Positions 1 through 10,133 of a stretch of 64,000 bases of DNA are shown here, piece after piece; positions within the stretch are counted from its first letter, which is position 1; every line of letters starts with the position of its first letter. The translations under genes and the position numbers were made by a program. The notes under the pieces are model-generated. The model searched no databases, was not told the origin of the DNA, and saw only the letters and a list, made by a program, of their open reading frames with translations. The DNA is taken from positions 7,598 to 71,597 of the forward strand of contig URVA01000001.1 of assembly GCA_900551155.1 (NCBI GenBank), written 5' to 3'. The DNA is from an uncultured Eggerthella sp. (GTDB lineage Bacteria > Actinomycetota > Coriobacteriia > Coriobacteriales > Eggerthellaceae).

Positions 1-1692
1 GATGCAATGCTTCCTGGTAAAGACGCCCTTCAAAAAAAGGAACTTGCGCGCGCTTTGGGGGTAGCTCCAGATAAGGTGTGTTCTTATGCGCTGTTACGGC
101 GAAGCGTTGACGCGCGCAAAAAATCGAAGGTTCATTTCACGACCACTTTTGCTTGCGAGCTTGCAGATAATCTAGAGCGGCGCTTTTTAGATAAAGCGCC
201 AAAAGGTCTTCAGGTAAGGCAAGCGAAACCTTACGTGCCCCTTGAGTATCCTTTATGCCATCAGTCGAAGGTAACGGTGTTAGTAGTAGGACTAGGACCT
301 GCGGGCTTGTTTGCGGCGTTGTATTTAGCTCGATGTGGCATTCGCCCTTTAGTTGTAGAACGTGGCTTTGACGTTGAGACTCGCGCGCAAGATGTGGCGC
401 ACTTTGAAAAAACAGGTGCTCTTAATCCTCATTCAAATATTCAATTCGGTGAAGGGGGAGCAGGCACTTTTTCTGATGGTAAATTAACCACCAACATAAA
501 AAGCCCGTACGCAAAACATGTATTGCATTGGTTTGTGGATGCGGGTGCTCCCGAAAGTATTCTGGTTGAATCTCATCCGCATTTAGGAAGTGATAGGCTG
601 CCAGCTTTGGTGGCAGCAATGCGAAATGAAATTATCGCTCGTGGCGGTGAAGTTCGCTTTGGCACCCGCTTGACTGCTTGGCGCTTTACAAAAGTGACGA
701 ATAATTCTGCAGAAAAGCATGGAGAAAATCTAGAGCAGCATGACGGTCGTGTTACTTCGGTAACGCTTGAAGATGTTAAAACAGGCCGTACGTATGAGCA
801 AAGCGTGAGCCATGTAATCTTGGCATGTGGTCATTCCGCGCGCGATGTGTTTGAGCTCTGTCAGAAGTCAAACTTCGTTATGGAACAAAAGCCATTTTCG
901 GTAGGTGTTCGAATAGAGCATCCGCAGCAGGTTATTAATGAAGCGCAATGGGGCAGTGCAGCAAAACATCCTGCACTAGGCGCGGCGGAATATAAGCTTG
1001 CAGTTCACCTTCCAAGTGGTAGAAGCGCGTATACCTTTTGCATGTGTCCTGGCGGTAGCGTTGTGGCAGCTGCAAGTGAAGAAGGTGGCGTGGTAACTAA
1101 TGGCATGAGCAGTTATGCGCGATCAGAAGAAAACGCCAATGCTGCCTTATTGGTGAATGTCGATCCCGACGATTTTGGTAGCGATGATGTGCTTGCAGGT
1201 GTTCAGTTGCAGCGTCGTATTGAACAGGCAGCTTTTTCTATGGCAGAAAAATATGGGGCAGAGCCCTATCAAGCTCCTTGTCAGCGTGTGGGAGATTTCT
1301 TGTCGCAGAACGCGAGCGAGAGCGCTTTACCAAAAGGGCAGTCCTGGACGGTTTCGCCAACCTATGGACGTGGTACGTTCGACGCGCCGCTTTCTGAGTG
1401 TTTGCCAGATTTCGTGGTGAAAACGATAGCGGAGGCACTGCCTTTGATGGGCAAAAAACTTGCACATTTTGACGATCCCAATGCGCTTATGACCGCACCC
1501 GAAACGCGGTCTTCTTCGCCAGTGAGAATTAAGCGTGGCAAAAACTTGCAGGCATATTGGGCTGAAGATGAAGTTTGCGAAAGTGGTATTTACCCCTGTG
1601 GCGAAGGTCCTGGATTTGCGGGCGGTATTATGTCTGCTGCTTGTGACGGGCTGCGAGTAGCTTGTTCAATCGTGAAATCACTTTGTTCATAA
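1..1692 (+). CDS. NAD(P)/FAD-dependent oxidoreductase (uncharacterised FAD-dependent dehydrogenase family), probably 5'-truncated by the window edge
   Basis: GxGPAG dinucleotide motif (VVGLGPAGL), FGEGGAGTFSDGKL, FCMCPGG, ETRSSSPV and GEGPGFAGGIMSAA family motifs; frame is open back to base 1. Confidence 0.85.
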   Translation, partial: DAMLPGKDALQKKELARALGVAPDKVCSYALLRRSVDARKKSKVHFTTTFACELADNLERRFLDKAPKGLQVRQAKPYVPLEYPLCHQSKVTVLVVGLGPAGLFAALYLARCGIRPLVVERGFDVETRAQDVAHFEKTGALNPHSNIQFGEGGAGTFSDGKLTTNIKSPYAKHVLHWFVDAGAPESILVESHPHLGSDRLPALVAAMRNEIIARGGEVRFGTRLTAWRFTKVTNNSAEKHGENLEQHDGRVTSVTLEDVKTGRTYEQSVSHVILACGHSARDVFELCQKSNFVMEQKPFSVGVRIEHPQQVINEAQWGSAAKHPALGAAEYKLAVHLPSGRSAYTFCMCPGGSVVAAASEEGGVVTNGMSSYARSEENANAALLVNVDPDDFGSDDVLAGVQLQRRIEQAAFSMAEKYGAEPYQAPCQRVGDFLSQNASESALPKGQSWTVSPTYGRGTFDAPLSECLPDFVVKTIAEALPLMGKKLAHFDDPNALMTAPETRSSSPVRIKRGKNLQAYWAEDEVCESGIYPCGEGPGFAGGIMSAACDGLRVACSIVKSLCS

Positions 1693-1783
1693 CCAGTTAG
1701 TGCAATTTTTTTGCGGGGTAGTGCAGCGCCTCTTGCTAGGCGCTATGATGGTATACCCAAAGCAACAACAAGAAGTGATACTC

Positions 1784-2401
1784 ATGATTCAAACGCAGCC
1801 TACTTCTCAATTTACTTTTAATGACGCACTGCGTGCTCTACAGCGCGGTGAAGCTATTGTTTTTCCTACGGATACTGTTTTTGGCCTGGGTGTTTCGGTG
1901 CAGCATGCCGCTTCGCCTGAGGTTTTGTATCAAATCAAGCATCGCGAAAAGCGCAAGCCCATTGCCTGGTTGGTAGATAGTATTGATGCGCTTGATGCCT
2001 ACGGAAGCGATATTCCTTCGTACGTCTATACGCTTGCGCGTGCTTTTTGGCCAGGCGCGCTAACTATTATTGTGCGCGCTAATAGTGCGGTTCCGAAAGC
2101 GTTTCAATCGCAAGAGGGCACCATAGGCATGCGCATGCCAAACAGCAAGGCTGCTCTTGATTTAATTTCAGCGCTTGGATGTCCTATTGCTACGACTTCT
2201 GCCAATGTTTCTGGTGGAGAAAATGTCTTGTCGTTTGCTGACTTGGATTCGCGCGTGTTGTCCCAAGTGTCAGCCGCAATAAATGACAATGAGGAAAAAA
2301 GCGGTATAGCGTCGACCATTATTGATTGCACGTCAAAAAATCATCCAACTATTTTGCGTGAAGGTGCAATTACGCCAGCCGATATCCGTGTATTGATGTA
2401 G
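1784..2401 (+). CDS. tsaC: L-threonylcarbamoyladenylate synthase (Sua5/YrdC family)
   Basis: FPTDTVFGL, KxR, FWPGALTII, TTSANxSG and STIID motifs; start moved to ATG 1784. Confidence 0.88.
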   Translation: MIQTQPTSQFTFNDALRALQRGEAIVFPTDTVFGLGVSVQHAASPEVLYQIKHREKRKPIAWLVDSIDALDAYGSDIPSYVYTLARAFWPGALTIIVRANSAVPKAFQSQEGTIGMRMPNSKAALDLISALGCPIATTSANVSGGENVLSFADLDSRVLSQVSAAINDNEEKSGIASTIIDCTSKNHPTILREGAITPADIRVLM

Positions 2402-2413
2402 GAGGGTGTAGTT

Positions 2414-3475
2414 ATGAGATCTTCCTATGGCATAGTACGCCGCGAAACTTCTAACTTGTCTTCAGATGGACATTCTTGGCTTCGCGTATTGGTGTGGTTT
2501 CCCGATTCTACTTATACGCGTCGAGGCGTGGTACAGCTTGTGCATGGCATGTCGGAACATATTGGCAGATATGACCAGTTTGCGCGCTTTTTAGCCAGCT
2601 TGGGATATGTGGTATTTGGTCATGATCATATCGGTCATGGTAAAAGTGTTTCCTCTTCGCGTGAATTAGGATGTATGCCTCTAGAAGATGGCAAAGAAGT
2701 GCTGATCCAAGATGTGTTGCACGTTCGAAAAGTGGTGCTAACCGACGGGGATACAGGAATCAAAAGCACGGATGCAAATCTTCCCTATTTCTTGTTTGGT
2801 CATTCTATGGGTAGTTATATCGTTCGTGTTTTAGCTGCAAGAAATTTTGGTGACCTTTCAACATTGGCAGGCGTAGTACTGTGCGGAACAGGAAACCAGC
2901 CGCATTGGTTAGCTGCTGCGGGAAATCTTATCTGCCGTGCAATTAGTGCTATTAAAGGTCAGGATCATCGTTCAGCTTTGTTGTATTCGCTTGTTTCTGG
3001 GTCGTTTATTTCTGCGATAGATAATCCTCGTACCGAATTTGATTGGCTGAGCACCGATCCTCGAGTTGTTGATGCTTACTGTAATGATCCCTTATCTGGC
3101 ACACGATTTAGTGCAGGGGCTTATGCTGCATTGACTGGCATGGTTGCAGAGGCGGTTTCAAAAACAAGTGCCGCTTCAGTGCCTAAAGATTTGCCGATGT
3201 TATTTATTTCTGGGGAAGAAGATCCTGTTGGCTCTATGGGTAAAGGCGTAGATAAGGCAGTAGATAGGTATCAACGCCAGGGCGTAAAAAACATCAAGGA
3301 AATTCTGTACCCAGGCATGCGTCACGAAATACTTAACGAGCTCGACAAAATGACGGTTTTTTCAGATGTTGAATCTTGGCTAACCCAACAGGTCATTCTG
3401 CATTCAATTCAGAAGGAAAAAACTCAGCAGGATACAGAGGGGCAGAAGAAATCAGTAAGCATGACTGAGCAGTGA
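2414..3475 (+). CDS. Alpha/beta hydrolase (lysophospholipase/monoacylglycerol lipase-like)
   Basis: HGMSEH, DHIGHGKS, GHSMG nucleophile elbow, D and RHE catalytic residues. Confidence 0.85.
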   Translation: MRSSYGIVRRETSNLSSDGHSWLRVLVWFPDSTYTRRGVVQLVHGMSEHIGRYDQFARFLASLGYVVFGHDHIGHGKSVSSSRELGCMPLEDGKEVLIQDVLHVRKVVLTDGDTGIKSTDANLPYFLFGHSMGSYIVRVLAARNFGDLSTLAGVVLCGTGNQPHWLAAAGNLICRAISAIKGQDHRSALLYSLVSGSFISAIDNPRTEFDWLSTDPRVVDAYCNDPLSGTRFSAGAYAALTGMVAEAVSKTSAASVPKDLPMLFISGEEDPVGSMGKGVDKAVDRYQRQGVKNIKEILYPGMRHEILNELDKMTVFSDVESWLTQQVILHSIQKEKTQQDTEGQKKSVSMTEQ

Positions 3476-3677
3476 AATCGCTCAGTCAAATACGACTGAG
3501 AGGGAACATTACTCGGGAAAAAATCCCCTTACTTTCTGAAAATCAATAAAGGCACCCACCATGTTTGAGGTGTTCCTGCGCTATACTTTAAAAATGTAAT
3601 GAATGCGTAGTTTTTATGTCTTTTCTATAAATATTTACGCTATTTCACCATAGATTAAGCACAGGTAGGAGCACGTC

Positions 3678-4112
3678 ATGAAATTGTCCCTCGCATCGGA
3701 TCATGCTGGGTTTGAACAAAAGCAACAGTTAGTTGATTATCTTGCTCGCAAAGGTTACGACGTAATAGATCGCGGACCTGATAGCGATGATCGTGTTGAC
3801 TACCCTGATTTTGCCGTAGCTGTTGCCAAGGATATTCAGTCAGGTCTGGCAGATCGTGGCATTTTGGTCTGTGGTACTGGTATTGGTATGGCGTTGGCAG
3901 CAGATAAGATGAAGGGTATTCGTGCTGCAAATATCGTGCGCGAAGATTTCGCTGTTTTATGTCGCGAACACAATAACGCCAATGTATTAACGCTTTCTGG
4001 TCGCTTTGTTTCTATTGAAGAAAACGAACGTATCGTGGATGCGTTCTTAACCACGGAATTCGCGGGCGGCCGTCATGCAGATCGCGTCGCAAAGATTGAT
4101 GCGCTGGACTAA
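3678..4112 (+). CDS. rpiB: Ribose-5-phosphate isomerase B
   Basis: SDHAG, DYPD, CGTGIG, REHNNAN and GGRH motifs; AGGAG RBS. Confidence 0.95.
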   Translation: MKLSLASDHAGFEQKQQLVDYLARKGYDVIDRGPDSDDRVDYPDFAVAVAKDIQSGLADRGILVCGTGIGMALAADKMKGIRAANIVREDFAVLCREHNNANVLTLSGRFVSIEENERIVDAFLTTEFAGGRHADRVAKIDALD

Positions 4113-4245
4113 TTTATCAACTCCCATCAACTAGTTGGGTTGCCTCTCGCTCTTTCAAAGAAGTTTCCAAAATGGGCCTTGGTGGAAAAGCTTCTTAATG
4201 GGGGTGGGCACGAATATATAAAGAGGGGATAAAGGGAGGAAAGCT

Positions 4246-4836
4246 ATGGGAACCTTAAAAACAAAGAAGCTGTGGATTGCTCTTGTAGCCTTGGTTGCTG
4301 CGTTAGCGATGAGCTTTACGCTCGTGGGCTGTGGTGGTGAATCGGATGAGGAACTCATCACAAAAGCAATTGACGAGGAAATGGGCATCATCGTCAATCC
4401 TGATGATGAAACTATTCAGATGTTGGCTGACGAAGCAACGTCTGGCGCAGGTAGCACCTTTGAAACCATGGGCATTGATAGTGCTGAATTGGTAAAGTCG
4501 TGGATTGACGGCTTTGGCTATACCATTGGTGAAATTACGGTAGATGGTGATAAGGCTACTGCTGAGATGAATATTACGAGCAAGCAGCTTGGCCCCATCA
4601 TGATGGACTGGCAGGCAAGCTTCCAGGAAGATGCAATTTCTCAAGGATTTACTTCCATGGATGAAATTTATGCCTATGCAGGACAGACTATTATGGAAGA
4701 AATCAATGGAGCAAGCCCTATTGAAACAGCGGTAACGGTTGAACTTACCAAGGATGGAAACAACTGGGTATTCGACCAAAGCTCTGCAAATCAAACTGCT
4801 TTGATGGATGCCATGATTGGTGATTATTCGTTCTAG
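4246..4836 (+). CDS. Lipoprotein of unknown function
   Basis: Basic N-terminus, hydrophobic stretch and LVGC lipobox; acidic mature part; GGAGG RBS. Confidence 0.8.
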   Translation: MGTLKTKKLWIALVALVAALAMSFTLVGCGGESDEELITKAIDEEMGIIVNPDDETIQMLADEATSGAGSTFETMGIDSAELVKSWIDGFGYTIGEITVDGDKATAEMNITSKQLGPIMMDWQASFQEDAISQGFTSMDEIYAYAGQTIMEEINGASPIETAVTVELTKDGNNWVFDQSSANQTALMDAMIGDYSF

Positions 4837-4865
4837 AGTAACCATTTAAGTAAAAACAATGTATC

Positions 4866-4902
4866 AGTAGGACGGGTTTAGCGCCCGTCCTACTTTGTTT
4901 TT
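4866..4902 (+). terminator. Intrinsic terminator after the lipoprotein gene
   Basis: AGTAGGACGGG/CCCGTCCTACT 11-bp stem followed by T-rich tail. Confidence 0.85.
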
Positions 4903-4969
4903 GCTTTGATGTGCTAAGGTGTGACGAACGAAAAAAGAAATCTTGCTTTATTGAAAGGGGCACAAAATT

Positions 4970-6220
4970 ATGTTCCTAGACCAACTTGCCGCTGAAGATC
5001 CTCAAGTAGCTGACGCAATTGATCAGGAGTTGTCACGTCAGCGTTCCTCTATCGAGTTGATTGCTTCAGAGAATTTTGCTTCACCAGCGGTAATGCAGGC
5101 AATGGGTTCTGTGCTTACTAATAAATATGCTGAAGGTTATCCTGGAAAGCGCTATTACGGTGGCTGCGAAAAGGTAGACATCGTAGAAGATCTTGCCCGT
5201 GATCGTGCTAAGAAACTGTTTAACTGCAACTTTGCCAATGTTCAGCCCCACAGTGGTGCAAATGCAAACTTGGCAGCGTATCAGGCATTAGTGAACTTAG
5301 GCGATACAGTTTTGGGCTTGTCTCTGGATCATGGCGGACACCTAACGCATGGATCTCCTGTTAACTTTTCTGGCAAGGATTACCACATCGTTGCTTATGG
5401 TGTTAATCCAGAAACTGAACTTATCGATTATGACGAAATGGAGCGCATCGCTAAGGAATGCAAGCCAAAGCTTATCGTAGGTGGCGCTTCTGCTTATCCT
5501 CGTGTTATTGATTTCAAGCGTATGCGTGAAATTGCCGATGAGGTGGGCGCATACTTGATGATCGACATGGCTCACATTGCGGGCCTTGTTGCAACAGGCG
5601 CACATCCAAGCCCTGTTCCTTATGCTGATGTAGTTACCTCTACCAGCCACAAGACTCTGCGCGGTCCTCGTGGTGGTTTTATTCTTACCAACAATGAAGA
5701 GATTGCTAAGAAAATTGACAAGGCAGTATTCCCTGGTTCCCAGGGCGGTCCTTTGATGCATATCATTGCTGCAAAAGCAGTTGCTTTTGGCGAGGCACTG
5801 AAGCCCGAATTCAAGACCTACATTGATCATGTTGTAGAGAATTCTTCTGCTATGGGTGAAGGCATGGTTGATGGTGGACTTCGCTTGGTATCTGGTGGTA
5901 CCGACAATCATCTGTGCTTGGTAGACCTTACTCCTGCAGACATTACCGGCAAGGATGCTGAAAAGGTTCTCGAAAGCGTTGGTTTGACGGTAAATAAGAA
6001 CACTATTCCTAACGAAACCCGCTCGCCATTTGTAACCAGCGGTATTCGTGTTGGTTCTGCCGCCGCTACTACGCGTGGCTTCGATAAGGATGAATTCACC
6101 CGCATTGGCCAGCTTATTGCTGCAAGTGTTTACAGCGCCAATGACGAGGCGCGCCTCAATGAAATTGCTGGCGAAGTTAAAGAGCTTCTTGACAAGCATC
6201 CACTGTATCCAAACTTTTAA
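4970..6220 (+). CDS. glyA: Serine hydroxymethyltransferase
   Basis: [37 protein letters not shown]-lysine motif. Confidence 0.98.
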   Translation: MFLDQLAAEDPQVADAIDQELSRQRSSIELIASENFASPAVMQAMGSVLTNKYAEGYPGKRYYGGCEKVDIVEDLARDRAKKLFNCNFANVQPHSGANANLAAYQALVNLGDTVLGLSLDHGGHLTHGSPVNFSGKDYHIVAYGVNPETELIDYDEMERIAKECKPKLIVGGASAYPRVIDFKRMREIADEVGAYLMIDMAHIAGLVATGAHPSPVPYADVVTSTSHKTLRGPRGGFILTNNEEIAKKIDKAVFPGSQGGPLMHIIAAKAVAFGEALKPEFKTYIDHVVENSSAMGEGMVDGGLRLVSGGTDNHLCLVDLTPADITGKDAEKVLESVGLTVNKNTIPNETRSPFVTSGIRVGSAAATTRGFDKDEFTRIGQLIAASVYSANDEARLNEIAGEVKELLDKHPLYPNF

Positions 6221-6234
6221 TTAGTAATAGCGTG

Positions 6235-6267
6235 AAGCACCCTCTTGCATGAGGGTGCTTTTGTTTT
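6235..6267 (+). terminator. Intrinsic terminator after glyA
   Basis: AAGCACCCTC/GAGGGTGCTT stem plus TTGTTTT. Confidence 0.85.
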
Positions 6268-6369
6268 ATAAAGGGATTAATCACCAAGAAGCATGTGATA
6301 ACCTAACGGCAATAGCGCTAACTCAATGGTTACAAGCGCTATCCCATGCGTTTATTGAGAGGAAAAACC

Positions 6370-7050
6370 GTGCAAAATCATACTTTTGGGGATCGTTTGA
6401 CGGTATTGGACCATCCTTTAATTGCTCATAAGCTTTCGGTATTGCGTAACGAAACAACGCCGAGTTCGGTATTTCGCCAAACAGTACATGAAATAACGTT
6501 GCTTGAATGCTATGAAGCTACCAAGCATCTTGCAACAAAAGAAGTAGAAGTAAAAACTCCAATTGCAACCTGTACCTGCAAAAGCATTGCAAAACAAGAG
6601 CCAGTTATTGTACCGATTCTTCGTGCTGGCTTGGCAATGCTGGATGCAATGCTGGAAGTAATTCCTTCTTCTCCTGTGGCTCACTTGGGAATGTATCGCG
6701 ATGAAACTACCCACAGGCCTATCGAATACTACGCAAAAATGCCTGGCTATATCAATGAGCGTCAGGTCTTGTTGGTAGACCCTATGCTTGCTACGGGAGG
6801 TTCGCTGTGCGCGGCATTGCACGCTCTGCGCTCTCGCGGCGTAAAAGATATTGTTGCTATGGTAATTGTGGCGGCCCCAGAAGGAGTAAAGGCAGTTTTG
6901 GATGCCGATCCTGATGTTCGCTTGTTTACCTGCGCGTTGGATGAAGGATTGAATGAAAATGCCTATATTGTGCCTGGCTTAGGCGATGCGGGCGATCGAA
7001 TTTTCCAAACTACGGGAACTCCTGTTACCAGTGAAGGCCCCAAAGCTTAA
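6370..7050 (+). CDS. upp: Uracil phosphoribosyltransferase
   Basis: PILRAG, VDPMLATGGS PRPP motif, YIVPGLGDAGDR; GTG start after GAGAGGA. Confidence 0.95.
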   Translation: MQNHTFGDRLTVLDHPLIAHKLSVLRNETTPSSVFRQTVHEITLLECYEATKHLATKEVEVKTPIATCTCKSIAKQEPVIVPILRAGLAMLDAMLEVIPSSPVAHLGMYRDETTHRPIEYYAKMPGYINERQVLLVDPMLATGGSLCAALHALRSRGVKDIVAMVIVAAPEGVKAVLDADPDVRLFTCALDEGLNENAYIVPGLGDAGDRIFQTTGTPVTSEGPKA

Positions 7051-7114
7051 GCGGTAAAAATAGGAGCAAAAACCAACAAAGTGATTAAGCCTAGCGTTGA
7101 GGAGGCTTTGGTAA

Positions 7115-7588
7115 ATGGAGCAGCAAGAAGAAAAACATGAGCGTCCATCATGGGACGAATACTTCATGAAGCTTGCCAATGAAGTTGCTACGCGCACAAC
7201 TTGTATGCGTCGTGCGGTTGGGGCTCTTATCGTAAAAGAGCGTCGCATTTTGGCAACAGGATACAACGGCGTGCCAACTGGTTTGCGCCACTGTGATGTA
7301 ACGGGTTGCTTGCGTCAACAGTTAGGCGTTCCCTCGGGACAGCGCCACGAAATTTGTCGCGGTCTTCATGCAGAGCAAAATGCGCTGCTTCAGGCAGCAC
7401 GCTATGGCATCAATATTGAAGGGGCTTCTATCTATATAACAACGCAGCCCTGTGTGGTGTGTGCCAAGATGCTCATCAATGCGGGAATTAGTGAAATCAT
7501 TTATCAGAACCCTTATCCTGATGAACTTGCGATGGAACTTTTAAATGAATCAGGAATCAAGATGCGCGTCTTTGATGGTCAAAACTAG
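7115..7588 (+). CDS. dCMP deaminase (ComEB/deoxycytidylate deaminase family)
   Basis: [20 protein letters not shown] and PCxxC zinc motifs. Confidence 0.92.
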   Translation: MEQQEEKHERPSWDEYFMKLANEVATRTTCMRRAVGALIVKERRILATGYNGVPTGLRHCDVTGCLRQQLGVPSGQRHEICRGLHAEQNALLQAARYGINIEGASIYITTQPCVVCAKMLINAGISEIIYQNPYPDELAMELLNESGIKMRVFDGQN

Positions 7589-7766
7589 TAGTTTTGTTGG
7601 TCTTGCTTTGGGAGTGTTTAAGGAAATTAAACGACTGCCGAGGAAATGAGGTGCTCTGCAGCGTACCATTCACGGACAAAATGAAATTATTAACCATCAA
7701 TTTTAAAACTAAGTGTTTCTTAGAACATGTTCGTAGGGTAGAGTGTTCTTTGCATGTGGTGGCTTC

Positions 7767-7784
7767 TTGTGATTTTGGTCACAA
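7767..7784. promoter_or_regulatory. Palindromic operator matching the CRP-family consensus (also Rex-like) upstream of the atp operon
   Basis: TTGTGA-TTTTGG-TCACAA is a perfect TGTGA-N6-TCACA; TATAAT at 7846-7851 downstream. Confidence 0.55.
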
Positions 7785-7966
7785 AAAGTAGTGATCATGT
7801 AAGATACTGTGCAATTTGCGATGGTTTTGTTGCCATTCGCCCACGTATAATGCACTTTATCGAAAACGATAAAACAAACCTGCATGAGGCACGTATGCTT
7901 CATGTGGTTTAAGGGTTATTCCGACTCAAGAGGGTTAGAAAGCCCGCTACCGAAGGAAAGGAAAGC

Positions 7967-8260
7967 ATGCTTGCAGCTGTGGCAGCAGGAATTGTGGCAG
8001 GAATAATTGGATTCCTCCCTCTTTTTGTGTCTCTGCGTCTTGCAAGGCGTTCAGACAGTCTGGCACCTATGAGCATGGGGCTCTACGGACTGGCGGGCAC
8101 GTTTGTGTCCCTCATCATCGTAATAGTCGCCATGATTATCTGTGCTCAAGTTGCACGAGCTTCAATTCTTCCATTTGGTATAGCCGAGATTGCGGCACTT
8201 ATTGTGTCGACATCTCTTTATGTCGTTTATAAAAACGTCCTTGCTAAACGCAAGAAATAA
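7967..8260 (+). CDS. Small membrane protein in the atpI position (AtpI-like accessory)
   Basis: 97 aa, about three hydrophobic helices, first gene of atp operon; identity inferred from position. Confidence 0.6.
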   Translation: MLAAVAAGIVAGIIGFLPLFVSLRLARRSDSLAPMSMGLYGLAGTFVSLIIVIVAMIICAQVARASILPFGIAEIAALIVSTSLYVVYKNVLAKRKK

Positions 8261-8285
8261 GGCAACGGAAAGGTAAGGAATCAAG

Positions 8286-9074
8286 ATGGGTGAAGCACTT
8301 TCACAGTTCGTCGAGGAGGCACAGCATCTTTCGTCCTCATTTGATTCGGCGACGGTCTTTTCCATTGCGGGATGGGATGTATCTCAGTACGTACTGTATA
8401 TGTTCATCGCGCTTGTTTTGGTTCTGCTAATTGTTCTTATTAGCGGTCGCAAACTGGAATTGATCCCCCACAAGAAGTTCACGGCTACGGTTGAATATGG
8501 TTACAACTTCATCCGTGAAAGCGTTGGCGCTGATGTTATTGGTGAAGGGTTCAAGAAGCATATTCCCTTCTTGGCAACACTCTTCTTCATGATTCTTATT
8601 GCTAATGTTATTGGTTTGATCCCAGGTGCTAAGGCGGCTATGGGTACCATTTCTATTACCTGGGCATTAGCACTTATTTCTTTTATTTACTTTAATTTCT
8701 ACGGTCTTAAGGAACTGGGCGTTTTCCGTTACATGAAAAGCTTCGCACCTTCTGGTGTCCCAGGTCCTATGATTCCAGTTATTTGGTTCCTTGAATTCGT
8801 TTCTATGGTCATCCGTGTTCTTACGCTTGCAGTTCGACTTTATGGCAACATGCTGGCAGGACATATGGTTTTGGCCGTATTCTCTTTGGCAACCACCATC
8901 TTCTTGCAGTTCGCGGTATTCAACATGGACTTTGTAACCGCACTTCCTGCAGTAGCATGGTTCTTCTTACTGTTCTTTATGTATGCTCTCGAAACATTGG
9001 TTGCTTTCTTGCAGGCATACGTATTCACCATTCTGTCCTCTTCCTACATCGGTATGGCTATCCACCCTCACTGA
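8286..9074 (+). CDS. atpB: ATP synthase Fo subunit a
   Basis: RVLTLAVRLYGNMLAGH with essential Arg; LQAYVF. Confidence 0.96.
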   Translation: MGEALSQFVEEAQHLSSSFDSATVFSIAGWDVSQYVLYMFIALVLVLLIVLISGRKLELIPHKKFTATVEYGYNFIRESVGADVIGEGFKKHIPFLATLFFMILIANVIGLIPGAKAAMGTISITWALALISFIYFNFYGLKELGVFRYMKSFAPSGVPGPMIPVIWFLEFVSMVIRVLTLAVRLYGNMLAGHMVLAVFSLATTIFLQFAVFNMDFVTALPAVAWFFLLFFMYALETLVAFLQAYVFTILSSSYIGMAIHPH

Positions 9075-9248
9075 TCAAAAGAGTTCAGATTTTGGCAGCG
9101 CGTCTGCTTGTGGGCGGGCGCTGGCAGCAAGCTAGCAGAAAAGGCTTGTCTGCTGCATAACTTTGGTACTACAGCTGGTACACAAAACTAACAGCTGAAA
9201 GGTAATAAGGATGAGGGATAGGCCCTCGTCCCAATAAAGGAGGTAATC

Positions 9249-9467
9249 GTGGAACTTACACTCGCTATCGCTGCGCTTAAGGTCGTTGGCTATGGCCTCG
9301 CAGCAATCGGCCCTGGCATTGGTATCGGTATCGCTACCTATGGTCTCTGCGTATCCGCTGCACGCCAGCCAGAAATGAAGGGTCAGCTCATGGGCTACTT
9401 CTTCATCGGTGCTGCAATGTCTGAGGCATTGGCACTGCTCGGCTTGGTTCTTTTCTTCATCGGCTAG
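9249..9467 (+). CDS. atpE: ATP synthase Fo subunit c (H+-type)
   Basis: GxGxGxG helix, ARQPE loop, carboxylate in MSEAL; GTG start after AAGGAGG. Confidence 0.96.
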   Translation: MELTLAIAALKVVGYGLAAIGPGIGIGIATYGLCVSAARQPEMKGQLMGYFFIGAAMSEALALLGLVLFFIG

Positions 9468-9521
9468 CAAATCCAACGATAGTTGACGAAATTCCGATTA
9501 GAAGAGAAGGAGGCAAGCGAA

Positions 9522-10133
9522 TTGAACGCAACTGTAAGCAAATATGTACGTAACTGCACAAGCGGTGTTCTCGCTTTTGCTGCTGCGTCCGCAGTTTGCC
9601 CAATGTCCGCATTCGCCGCAGAAAGTGGAGCTGGAATTGAAGCAATTCTTCCTCAGATGGAAGAGTTCATTCCAATGCTCGTCGCCTTCATTATCTTATG
9701 GGTTGTTCTTGCTAAGTTCGGTTGGCCTTTGTTTGAGGGCATGCTCGAAAAGCGCGAGAACACGATCAGAACTAACCTGGAAAAAGCTGAAGAAGCACGC
9801 CAGGAAAGTGAACGTCTGTTGGCTGAGTATCAAGAGCAGCTCGAAGGCGCTAAGTCTTTGGCTCAGAACATGCTCAACAATGCACAGAAGTCTGGTGAGG
9901 CTCTTGAAAAAGAAATCGCCGACCGTGCTCGTGCAGAAGCAGATGCAATGATCGAGAAGGCAAAGGTTGCTATTGAAGCTGAAAAGCGTGCAGCTGTAAA
10001 GGAACTTCAGGATTCCATGGCTGATACGTCTATCGCTGTAGCATCCCGCTTAATCGGTGAAGATTTCAGCGACGAAGAGCATCGCAAGCTCATCGAACGC
10101 TATGTAAAAGAGGCAGGTAGCTTAAATGCCTAA
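9522..10133 (+). CDS. atpF: ATP synthase Fo subunit b, with N-terminal leader extension
   Basis: TM helix then WP..LEKRE and long coiled coil; TTG start 8 nt after AAGGAGG. Confidence 0.92.
   Translation: MNATVSKYVRNCTSGVLAFAAASAVCPMSAFAAESGAGIEAILPQMEEFIPMLVAFIILWVVLAKFGWPLFEGMLEKRENTIRTNLEKAEEARQESERLLAEYQEQLEGAKSLAQNMLNNAQKSGEALEKEIADRARAEADAMIEKAKVAIEAEKRAAVKELQDSMADTSIAVASRLIGEDFSDEEHRKLIERYVKEAGSLNA

Noticed and set aside
4840..4969. Riboswitch upstream of glyA
   Set aside because: Space is taken by the upstream terminator and a short promoter region; no glycine or ZTP consensus seen
9249..9467. Na+-translocating ATP synthase
   Set aside because: Subunit c lacks the Na+ ligands (Ile at the Q/E position, EA rather than ES/T, no downstream Tyr)
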